From the NCBI GenBank assembly GCA_015680685.1, contig MNCI01000542.1, forward strand, positions 95,989 through 159,988: 64,000 bases of DNA, read 5' to 3'. Shown in pieces: positions 13,301 to 25,149 of this stretch (the first letter of the stretch is position 1; each line of letters opens with the position of its first letter). The DNA is from Gnetum montanum (taxonomy: Eukaryota; Plantae; Gnetophyta). Made by a program: the position numbers and the translations under genes. Under the pieces are notes generated by a model. It had not been told where the DNA came from and did not search any database. It saw only the letters and a list, made by a program, of their open reading frames with translations.

Positions 13301-13820
13301 TATCAACACTTTCAATTCTGGAATGACATCTACCTATAGATGTCTACATTTAGATGTCTATCCTTAGATGTCTTTCTATCAATACTTTCAATTCTGGAAT
13401 GACATCTACCTATAGATGTCTACATTTAGATGTCTATCCTTAGATGTCTACCTATAGACGTTTATCTTTAAAGATAGACATCTATTGTTTTTCATAGATG
13501 TCTACTCTACTTTTTCACTTTAGAATCTAAGGCATTTCCTTGTCAATTTGACATCTTGACAATCTTCAAAACATCATTGTTTGACTCGTAGACTCTTTTT
13601 GTATCCTATCTCTTATCTTGTCATCCCAATGTAGCTCTCGTTCTAACTCAGAATTTTTATCTTTGTCCTAATCTAATGTCTTGATACATTAAAGCTCTTG
13701 ATTATGCAATTGTCTTGATCTCATCATGATCTTAGTCTACCCTTAGGCCTACAAGGTAATACAAAATACATTTTTTACATTCTACATTTTCTAAATTTTT
13801 GACATACCAAAGGTTCAACA
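10384..13820 (-). mobile_element. Second, internally deleted copy of the SIRE-like family in inverted orientation
   Basis: 12100-12715 is the reverse-complement homologue of ~690-1300 (gag end). ~12720-13820 is homologous to the 9286-10383 LTR and begins TGTTGAACC on the minus strand at 13820. PPT-like tract at ~10405-10420 on the minus strand. Confidence 0.65.
13295..13449. repeat. 76-bp tandem duplication within LTR motif cluster
   Basis: The unit TCTTTCTATCAACACTTTCAATTCTGGAATGACATCTACC...TAGATG occurs at 13295 and again at 13371. Confidence 0.9.
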
Positions 13821-16800
13821 ATTGCTTCGTACCTCAATGAGTGTTGACTAGGTTGATATGATATCCTTCAGAATGTTAAAGACATCAGGAATTAATGACC
13901 TAGTGCCCACTAGTATTTCAATCTTTTCTTTGTTGTGTGACACATATTCATCTTGATCTAATTCCTACATATATTTGAATATTTTTTATAGTAATAAATT
14001 CTAGAATTGGTGCTACAGGAATCTTCAAAGGTTCCTTGATTTTTTCTAGCACAACTTCCACTACTATTTCTTATCCTCTCCTTGGCAACATAACCATAGT
14101 GGCTTTTTTTCCTTCTTCTAGTATTCTAGAGAAGGCTATAACATTACCTAAAATTTTTGGTAGTTTCTTAATAGGTAGAAATATTGTAACCCCTCTAGTT
14201 AAAGGGTTGGCTTTCATAATGGCTTGACTTCATTGTGTTGTAAATAAATGAAAGAGATCATCTTAGTGTTAGCTAATAGTTCTTACAACTTCATTAAGGT
14301 GGTTCATTGTAAGATATTATTCTCCTAATCCTTCTACAAGAGCTTGACAAGATGCCTCTAGTTATTCAATTCTTACTCAAGCACTTAAGTTTTTAGTAGT
14401 ATCCCATGTGTCTAATAATGGAGGTGGAACCTTTTCTTAAAGTCTCAATGGTAACTTTCAATTCATAATATCTTATCATAATGTTGTTGTTACTCGTTAG
14501 AGTACATCATTAGTATAGCATATGATCTCTTCCTATTTTTCAAATTTTTGTAATTAAGTATAGAAAAGAGAATGTCTTCCTATCTTTTTTATTTTCTTTA
14601 AAATTATTCTCTATTTCTAAAAAGATAGACTACAATAGGTTAATTGAGAAACAACTACTTAGTGGTGCATAAGCCCTCACTGAGAAGTACATTACTTTAC
14701 TTGATCATACCATTGGATTAAGATGGTATAGTGTGATCTTGAAATATATCATCTTAACTTGGATGAGCTCACTGAACTCTTTTTTGTCCATCTTGAAGCA
14801 TTATTTTATCCACTTCTTACTTTCTTACTTAGACTAAATAAATACTTTTGTGATCTGTATGTCAATGTTCCAAAGTTCTAAGGTGTTACCAATGGCCTCC
14901 ACAAATTAAAAGATAATTATGCCTTTATTTTTTACTATAGCATCTCCTTGGAAATTTTTCTAAAATAAATACTTTTCCCCTAGATATCACTCCTTATTTT
15001 TAGAAATGATGGACCATAATAGAGATGCCTACAACTAATCTTATATTTTCTCAGAAGTGAACTCCATGAAGGATCTGAAGCTTGGTTTTTGGAGGATAGA
15101 ATGTTAGATCTTCTTTTTTCTAATTTTCTTCAATAACACATTTGTCAATGTGACTTTAATACTAGTATTATATCTAGGCACATCATCTTGTCTTAACTAT
15201 TTTATTTTTGTATTGGAAATCTACCTAACATATTTTAACTTGAATTCTTCTCTTGCTAGTGAAATCATGTGGATGAATTTTGGTTTATATTTTAGTTGTC
15301 CATGTCTACATCTATGTCCACTTATAAGGAACTTCTTTGTCCTTTGGAATGAACCATTTACCTCTAAGTTCCTCTTAGATGCCATCTATAATCACATCAA
15401 TAATCAATTGTTATTTTATGATTATTATTTATAGTATTTAATCCTCAGTCATCCTTGTGATTGGCTTAATTTGAAAACATTTTAACACTTAATGCCCCTA
15501 AGTGATTACAATATAATATCTTGAAGGTTCTAAGACAATTATTCTATCTTAATTTCATGTTAGTTAAATCATTTATTTACATTAACTATCTTAAATGTTT
15601 GAATTCTAGGGTTTTTCACAGTTTCAAATCATAGACCTACTACCCTCATAATGTAAAGCTCAAATACTAAGAGCTCACAAGTTTTGAATGGGTGAAATCA
15701 AAGGTCTAATACTCAATATATCATAAGTTGAAGATCTAGGCTCTCTTGAATGGCAAAAACTTCCTTGTGCAAATGAGATAAATGTAAAAATTTCTTAACA
15801 ATAGGATGCAAATATATAGGTTTTTGCACTTGCATTGATAAGGCTGAATTTTCAATTTTCTTTTGAATTTATCTTCAATTTTTTGGAATTTTTGAGGGAA
15901 TTTTTATGTTAAATGAGAGCCATAAGAAAGATGTTTAGCCATGAAGAACATTTGGATGATTAGGATAAGTGTAGATGATGAATTGATAGGGTTTTAAAAA
16001 TATGAAGAACTAATGTTTTCAAAGGGTTATTTCATTAAATGAAGAAAAAATGAACAAATTATATTGCATAATAATGAAATAAATAGTGCTTTGATGTTTT
16101 AGGCTTATGGAATTGGTTCATTGGCTAGATCTCTAAAAGTTATATAAGTAGGTTACCCTACCCCCTAAAGTAGGCTCCTATCTAAAATATCCTTATATAA
16201 GCATCTTAAAAGGTGTCCATAAGTACCTAGGAGATTACATGTTAATCAAGTCTTATGTTCTAATAACCACACAACTATTATTGCTAGGACCTTGCACTAA
16301 AATAAACAAAACCATCAATCACACAATTGTATGTAGTAGTCAGGTTAAATGAAATAAAAAAGAATTACATATATCAAAATGTAAGGTACCTTACCATTTC
16401 TACAATAAATTATTGTGTTTATTATGATTAGAATGATCATGATATTTGTCTAAGTTCCAAACCAAGTTCATACAATTACCAATGACATCACATTACATCA
16501 TCTTAGGCCCATTGTCACAAGATCAACCACAACCATATGAAAATACCATCATTCCTTAAGAAAAAATTAGGAAGCAAGCATTAGATCCATGATATAATTA
16601 ATTAGTTATAAGATTCTAAGTTAGGATTCTTAGGCATAGGTCACATGTTTTTCTACTGGTACCCCAAGAATTTTTTTTACATATGTTAATTAATCAATTT
16701 TTTTTATCCTTACCATAGGACTACCTTCAAGCATGGGTTACATGTCTTTCTAGTACTATAGTAAGATAACATCTTTTAATAAAGAGGATGATTCCCATCC

Positions 16801-17349
16801 AATTAAAACATAAGTGATATCATAATCATGTGAAGTAGTGGGGTTCATAGAGAAAGTTTAAAAAATCAATAAATCTCATGTCATACCCTTATATAATCCC
16901 ACTTGGTCCTTTCTCTATTCTTTAAGGCGTAATGGCCATGAGTTATTTTTTGTTTCATGTAATAAGAATCACATTACTTCCATGATAATAATTTTTTATT
17001 TATGAAATTTGAAGGATGAATGATGTGATCTCACTACTTTTGTACAACTATGTATTCAACATTTTGATAGTATAGGACATAGTCCAAATAACAAAGTTAT
17101 TCTCTATATATAAGCAGTAAATTTTATTGATAGCAAACAAAAAATATATAAAGGAAATAAATAAAAAATAAAATTTAATAATTACAAAAAATATTAGAAA
17201 TTAAAAAACCTATTAAGAAATGGAAAAATGTAAAAGAACATTGTAAAACAAAAAAGATAAAAAAAAATTCATCCTCACAAGGTGTTAATTGGAGTGTGTA
17301 TCTTTCCCATGAGTAAGATTGACACTAAAGACACAGAAAATGGAAAGGA

Positions 17350-19695
17350 ATTTAAAAGTAATAGAGGTATCATTGGGATATATGGCTACCTAAGAATTCT
17401 TAAACAATTTTACTTGTTATATGTTAACCAAGATGAGTTTCTATGGGTAGTTAGGATGGTATATTTTAATGGTGCCAAATTTGAAGGTAGAATGCATGAT
17501 GTAAGGTACTTCTCATAATGTTTGGAATTTATTACTTTGGGATACATGTATGACACTCCAATAAAGGACTTTGTCTTCTAGTTGAAATTCTACTCATCTA
17601 ATTCTAGCATCATGACATTATTTGATTCATGCCTTGTGGATCTCATACATCATGAGTGCTATCCTAAAGTTTTCATCTAGCACATTGAGATTCATAAGAT
17701 GTTCTTTTTATTCTAGGTTAATGTCAAGGTCAAGTTGACAAGTAGTATTTATTTTATGTAAGTTGATTTTGGATTAGAAGTTTTGGTAACTTACCGTATA
17801 CAAACTCATATAGAGTAGCCTATATGAAGTTTCCAAGTACAGTGATAAGCCCATAATGCATCATTGAGTTTCACGCTCTAATATTTTCTATACCTTCTAA
17901 TTGTTCTAATAAGAATTCATGTAATCTTATTATTAGTTTCTTCAATGTGATCATTGACTTAGGAATGATAAGGTGTAGTAAGTTTGTGTTCTAAAATTAA
18001 GTGTCTCATTAGAATTTTAAAGGTAGTACTCATAAAATATTACCATTATTAGAAATAATTTCTCTTGTCATACCAAGCACTTTTACCACTTGTTGCTAAA
18101 AGAATCTTGTGGCTATTATCATGGTACAATCAATCATAGCTACAGCTTCTATCCATGTTGTACAATAGCTTGCAGCAAAAATAATGTAGGTTTTATTATT
18201 CAACATGGATGTGATGGGATCCATAAAATTACTTTTCCATAATTTGAATTACTCTAATGATTGAATCCATTATTGAAAACCCTCAATTCTTGTAGTCATC
18301 TTACCATTGTGTTGACATCCTTCATAGGAATAGATAAATTGATAGACATTATTAAAGATCATTAGCCAAAAGTATCCTGCCATGAGAATTTTGATTTTTA
18401 GTTATCTCCCAACATAGTAGCCTCATAAGGCTCATTGCGAACATTCTAGAGAATTTTGATTTGATCTTATTCTAGAATGCAACATCATACCAAATTATCT
18501 ACATAATTTTTATAGAAGTTGAATGTAACTATTATTTCTTTAGAAAATAACAACTCATCAAAGAACTAATCAAAGAGTAATTCCTCATCAACTTTTCTTT
18601 TCTATCATAATAGAGAGAAGTGATCAGCTAGTACATTCTTGGTCTTCTTTCTATCAATTATAGTTATATCAAACTCTTGAAAAATCATTAGTCATTATAT
18701 GGTATGAGGGCTAACCACTCGATTGTTCATACAAAACTAGATCACATTATGATTATTATGTATAAATATTGAATATCTAAGCACATAATGCCTAAATTTC
18801 TCTAAGGCATACACCATGGTCATGAGTTCTTTTTCCTATGATAATATACTTTTACTACATACTTGTGATACTTCTAATCATGCAATAAATGTAATATGGA
18901 TGTGTCTAATTCTCCAACTATATGTGCATGACTTTTAAAACAAAGTTAGATGTATCTGTATTAATAAACAATGACTTTAATCAACTAAAAGTTGGTAGAA
19001 TTGGATTTTTTACAAGCTTTTATTCTAGAAGTTCTAATGCAAGATCATATTTTTGATCCATTCAAATATTGCATCCTTTTTCATTAGTTCCACTAATAAT
19101 TTAGCTATTTTGGAAAAATTTTCTATGGATCTCTTGTAGTAGTCAATGTATCTAAGAAAAGATCTATTATCTTTTACTATTTTCAATCTCTAATTTATTC
19201 CTTGGATCATTCTTATCTTCTTAAGATCCATCTCTATTTCATTTTATGACATCCAAGTCTAGGAATAATATCCCCCTAGATCATTAGATGGATTTTATGA
19301 TAATTGAGCTTGAGACTAATTTTCACATATCATTTTAACACTTACTCCAAATGGTCTAGTTCTTACTCAATATTATAATCATAGGTGGAGGCTTCATCCA
19401 TGAAAACTTTCAAATAATTTTTAATTTGTTATTGAAAGATACTACAAAATAGATGTTTAAAAAGTATATTATATAGGTTAAAAGGCATCTTTTTGTATTA
19501 AAATATTCCTTGGGACTTATGAATATAGCATTGACCTAAACTTCCAAGGCTATTTGCGTTTAATTATAACCACTATATCCATCTAAGATGCTATAATATT
19601 TGTGGACTATAATGATGTCCAATAATTGGTCAATAAATGACTACTAAAAATGATCCTTGAAAGTTAACATATTCAATAGCCTAAAGTCAATACAG
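17350..19695 (-). pseudogene. pol: pol remnant (RT C-terminal part, RH, INT); RT N-terminal part lies at 23494-~23750
   Basis: Motifs as above; the reading frame is destroyed by stop codons. Confidence 0.75.
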
Positions 19696-20685
19696 TGGTG
19701 TAGGGGGTTGCACCTTGATATACCCTAATAGGACCCAATCCACAACTTCCAAGTAGATCTAACATAGAAAATAAGAATAACAAAATAAAATGGAGAAAAT
19801 CTTCCTTATCTTAAGATAATTCTCAAAATACATAGAAAATACATCAAAGATTAGGTGCCAAGCTCAACTCACAACTCTCCTAAGGATCTTAGAGGCCACA
19901 CTTATCCTCTCTTAATCCTCAATTGCTCACAATGGAGCCCAAGCTCAAGACAAGACATTTATAAGAGATTATCCTAATCTCTCTCAAGTGCTCTCCTTTG
20001 CCTTTCACTCAACTTCCTTGCACAAGCTCTCTCCTCCTAAGAGCTCTCTCTCTTGCCCTCTATTGGGATGTTTGGCCTTTGGTGTTTATACTTTGGCACT
20101 TGGCACTATAGTCCTTGGCACTTTGGCACAAACAATGATGGATTACATCAATATTTATAAGAAACCAAAAGATGAAAATCCTCGAAACCTTTCCTCAACT
20201 CAACTTGAGGTTCTTTAAATGTTTCCCAAGCCTTCTCACCTTCTCTTTGGTTGTTTCCATCTTGGTTTAGTTGTTTCCATCTTTCTTTGGCTATTTCCCA
20301 AATTGGAATGGTGTTTTCAAAAGTTTTTCCATGTGTCTCGATCGTCTCTATCTTTATTGGGATGTCTACTATGAAATCCCTACTTTCGAGAGAGATGTCT
20401 ACTATTTTTGATAAACATCTACTCTTTAAGGAAGATTTCTTTAAAAAGACATCTCTAGAAAGATGTTTGTATTTTTGGGGAGACGTCTCTTTCGAAAGTG
20501 CCAAAAATAAAAGTGCTCCTTTTGATGTTGGAAGCCTCTAGATGCCTCCCAAAAAGTTCCCATAGATCCTATAATACCCCAAAACATGACAAATCATCCA
20601 AGAAACATCCTCAACAAAATCATCCAAAAATAACACATAGTATCTAGGGTAGAGCAAGGGAATCAGAAGAGATGTTCCTACACAA
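19696..20685 (-). repeat. 3' LTR of non-autonomous element
   Basis: Direct repeat of 22471-23488. Confidence 0.9.
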
Positions 20686-21196
20686 GCTCTGCCACCATTA
20701 AAAATGTCATGCTTCATGACCTTTTACAATATGAAGGGCATCATGCCCCCATGACTCAAAACCATCACAATAATCATGACTTAATGCATTACAAACACGA
20801 GAATAAATATCATTGGAGGTTTTGGTTTTGAGCTTCCCTTGCCCCACCATGCTTCCTTCATCTAATCATCTCCTTGGAATGCTTCCCTTGCATCCCCATT
20901 ATGACTCAACCCTACAACAAATAAAGAATAAGAAAAAGAAGAAGTATTAGGCTTTATTAATCCAACATACTTTCTTTGTTTCTCTTTCCTCTTCTTCACC
21001 TTCTTCTTCTTAGTGTTTGGAAGACTATCACTTAGCTACCTTTCATCACCACCATGTAGATTACCTTCATCGTGCATTTCCATTTTACAAAAAGGACAAT
21101 CAATTCCATTAACATACTTCATAAATTAAACATTTCTATAATTAATAGCAAGCATGTCCAAATTGTAGAAAATCATATCATTATCAATGTCTTCAC

Positions 21197-22338
21197 TTAC
21201 ATCAATAAGGACCTTCTCACAATGATTATTCCAATAACCATCATCTCATTAAATAAATTACCATTACTAGTCTTCCTCGCACTAACAATGGCATCAAAAG
21301 TCACAACATGACTCTCAATCCCATCACAGTCACCATAATGATCATGATGCTCATCATTACCATTGAACAAACAACTACCAAGGTGAACTGAAAAACTAGC
21401 ATCCATCACACTAGCTTCAACGTGAGAGACATTACTACCATCAACAAGATAAAGCTCATCCTTAATTACCTCTTCATGTCTTCTCCCATACATATTTGGT
21501 TCAACTTGATTTTCAACATGTGGTTGTCCAATCTCATCAAAGCTTGAAGATTCACGATTCCAAATAGGAGTTCCCAATTCCAATGGCTTCTCCTCTTCAA
21601 AGGAATCATTAACAAGCTCTTCATCCCACTTTGGAGGTACCAACTCAAAATCTAAACTCTCCTCTATAGTTTAAACATTAGTTTCATCAAAAACATCATT
21701 TACGCAATTATTCTTCCATGTACCTTGGCTAGAAGACTCACCTCTCTTCCATGAGATAGTCTCAACTTGATTTCGAATCTCCTTTTCCTTGCCACGAGGT
21801 ATAGAAAAATTACAAAAAAGATGAGTATAATACCTTCTAGTGTTATCTTGATCCTCCTTGAAGAAGTCCCTTGATTTTTTCCACTCTCTAAGCTTTGATC
21901 CTTCACCTCCCATAACTCACAAGGTAGGAACTCTTCTTGATTAGCAACATACACCATCTTGGACTTTGAAGATCTCCTGATCCCTTTTATGAAGCTCTTG
22001 GTTTCTTTCTTTGAAACCCTTGAGTATTGAACACTCATTCTCTCAATAAAAGATACTTGAGAACTACTTTTCTCATTGATCTCTACTTCATCAAACCCTT
22101 CATCTTCCTTTCCTTCTTGATGGCTAGAAGATATTCTATCAATTCTCCTCAAAATATTTTCCATGTTAGTCTTGAATTTCTCCATATTCCTTTTTGAAGT
22201 TTCTAAAAAACCTTGGTGCTTGTGGAACTTTACTTTGGGAAAAATTTCTTGCATTTCAGCCACAAAAGCTTTAAAGGAGTCCTTAAACTCTTGAAGCTCT
22301 TGTCTAAGCTATTAATATGTCTTCTTCTTTGGATCCAT
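21197..22338 (-). pseudogene. Disrupted ORF of unknown function (E/K/S-rich, coiled-coil-like N-terminus)
   Basis: ATG GAT CCA AAG at ~22338 shortly after the PBS; fragments 21700-22263 and 21197-21643; no gag or pol motif recognised. Confidence 0.4.
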
Positions 22339-22470
22339 ACCTAAAGCAATAAGAATAATATCCAAAAGAAAATGCAAAAATATCCACAAAAATGCTCTTT
22401 TCATTCAAAGAGAACAAAAAGCTTCAACATAAAATTATGGAACCTTCCAAATCTCACCATGATACCAATA

Positions 22471-23488
22471 TGGTGCAAGGGATGTTGCACCTTTATATAT
22501 CACAATAGGACCCAATCCACAACTTCCAAGCAAATCTAGGTTAGAAAATAAGAATAACATAATAAAATGGATAAAATCTCCCTTATATCAAGATAATTCT
22601 TAAAATACATAGAAAATATATCAAAGATGAGAAACTAAGCTCAACTCACAACTTTCCCAAGGATCTTAGAGGTCACAGTTATCCTATATTAATCCTCAAT
22701 TACTCACAATGGAGCACAAGCTCAAGACAAGACACTTATAAGAGATTCTCCTAATCTCTCTCAAGTGTTCTCCCTTTCCTTTCACTCAACTTCCTTACAC
22801 AAGTTCTCTTCTCTCAAGACCTCTCTCTCTTTCCCTTTGTTTGGATGTTTGACCTTTGGTATTTACACTTCTACACTTGGCACTGTAGTCCTTGGCACTA
22901 CAAAACTTGGCACTTTGGCACTAACAATGGTGGATTACATCAATATTTATAAGAAACCAAAAGATGAAAATCCTAGAAACCTTTCCTTAACTCAACTTGA
23001 GGTTCTTTATATTTTTTTCAAGTCTTCTCATCTTCTCCCTAATTGTTTCCATCTTTCTTCAGCTATTTCCCAAATTGGAATGGCATTTTCAAAAGCTTTC
23101 CCATGCATCCCAGTCATCTTTGGCTTTGCTAGGATGTATACAATGAAATCCCTTCTTTCGGAAGAGACATCTACTATTTTTGGTAGATGTCTACTCTTCA
23201 AGGGAGATGTCTTTGGAAAGACATCTCTGGAAAGATATCTATCTTTTTGAGGAGACGTCTCTTCTAAAGGTGCCAAAAATAAAAGTTCTCCTTTTGATGC
23301 TAGAAGCCTCCAAATGCCTTCCAACAAGTTCCCATAGACCCTAGAACCCCCTAAACTCATCAAAATGAGCCCAAAAACCCCCAAAACATGCCAAAAAATC
23401 CAAGAAACATCCTCAACAAAATCATCCAAAAAAAGACACATAGTATGTAGGGTAGAGTAAGGGAATCAAAATAGGTGTCCCTACACCA
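22471..23488 (-). repeat. 5' LTR of non-autonomous element
   Basis: Adjacent to the minus-strand PBS; direct repeat of 19696-20685. Confidence 0.9.
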
Positions 23489-25149
23489 TATAGATCCTTC
23501 ATTATCCCTCTTTTTTTCAACATAATAATAAGTGAACTCACCCATTCATTATCTACCACAAAATGAATGAATCTAAATTTTAGAAGCTTCTCAATCTTTC
23601 TTTAATAACTTTCTATAATTTTGGATTCAACCTATGTTGTGGCTGTCATTTGGACTTAATGGCTAGATGAGTATAGATTCTATGCTAGCATATTCAAGGA
23701 TCTACTCTTATTATTTTATCATATGACTAGTCAAAGACTGTTGACCACTTATTCATAACCTTTAAAAATTGTAGCTTCTACTTCTATGTGAGCTGGAAAA
23801 TTATAATGACTACTTTACTATTTTCAAGAACATATATTTGTGATTCTAATAATGTATTTAGTTCAATGAGCTCTGAATTCATTGTTTCAAAATTTCCAAC
23901 TCTTCCCAATCCATGTCTTCTAGTTTATCAATGTAAGTACTTATGAGGACTTCATGAGATTTCATGCACATGATAAAGTTGCAACTTTCATCAATTATTA
24001 GTCACTAGGTACCTTCTTTCTTAGTAGTTTTTGCATATTGGTACTTCTACACACTTTCTAGTTCTTCCTATGATTTGCATGCTATGATTATTCTTTATCT
24101 AACTATTGAAAAATTGTTAAATGTCTTCTTAGATAGCTCTAATTTTACAAGGATCTTTTAGATTATGGTAAAACCTAATATATGATTTATTGATTAAACA
24201 AACTATTAATTATACATCTTTCGTAACATATTCTTCTTAGTTAAATCATTATGAATATCTTCTTTGCAACATATTCTTCTTAGCTACATCCTTATGATGC
24301 CTATCTTTGCCTATTACTTGTGATAGGTCTTCTAGAAATTTTCCTAGTTAGTCAATCTTACATGGGCTAGGCCCTCATGAACTCCTTTAGTAATCCATAG
24401 CTTAGTCTATTATGGACTACTACCTAATTTGTAGCATGTCCTTCTTTGTAGTCATTTTCTTTACTCCATCATAACCTTTTGGATGGTTTTATTTTCCTCT
24501 TTAGAAAACAAGATCATATTACAAATGACTCATCTTGGATTTTATCTTTCTATTTAGGAAACTAGATCCTTCTTCACTTCTTCCATTTATGAGTAAAATT
24601 ATTAATATTTTGGTTTGTTAAATAGTCATTACAAATTTGACTAATTGTAATGATTTCTATATTTCATTATACTTCTTGTTACATGTTGCTTTCATTGCTT
24701 TGGATATATATCTATTGTTCCATATTTTCCTAATTCTGATTGACATCTACATGATGCTACATTTAGTACCTTTTCCAATGACTTGTCATTTCTTCCACTT
24801 GATGTCTTATTAATCTCTAATTTTTCCTCACCACATTTCCTTCACTTTTTCATAACTAATTGATGGTTTCTTATGTTTCATGAAAAGGTTGTGATGGCTC
24901 ATAGAATATGAGTTACATATTTTTATTATGATTTATTTACAAATGGTTACAAATAACCTTGATTAGTTATGAAACTAATCACTATAAATCATGTTACAAT
25001 TATATTATAATATTTTCCTTCAAGTATTAGTTTCATAATTTCATTTGTTATTTCTTAAGAAGTCGATGAGTGTCAAAAATATTTTATAAGCACACAATGC
25101 TTCATGGTGGCCAATCACAAAGAATTATATATTCATAACAATGAATGGA

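Larger units (their letters stand above)
19696..23488 (-). mobile_element. Non-autonomous LTR retroelement (3.8 kb) inserted in Athila-like RT
   Basis: LTR pair 19696-20685 and 22471-23488 (TGGTG...CACCA). TSD TACAG/TATAG at 19691-19695 and 23489-23493. Minus-strand PBS TGGTATCA at 22460-22467. The 1.8-kb interior has no recognisable pol motif. Confidence 0.88.
13821..25000 (-). mobile_element. Old, heavily decayed Athila-like Ty3/gypsy element (internal region only; ends unclear)
   Basis: Minus-strand RT (VDNEWVSSLII at ~23540; CIDFRLLN...KDHF...FIDQLLD at ~19620-19695), RH (QEFDITIIDRKKTKNVLADHFS at ~18620-18680) and INT ~17350-18450. Post-pol non-coding blocks (16720-16760, ~17300) match 58280-59020 of the right-hand Athila-like element. 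Confidence 0.7.

Noticed and set aside
19988-20541. Overlapping ORFs repeated at 22765-23545
   Set aside because: These are LTR sequence; the frames differ between the two LTRs.
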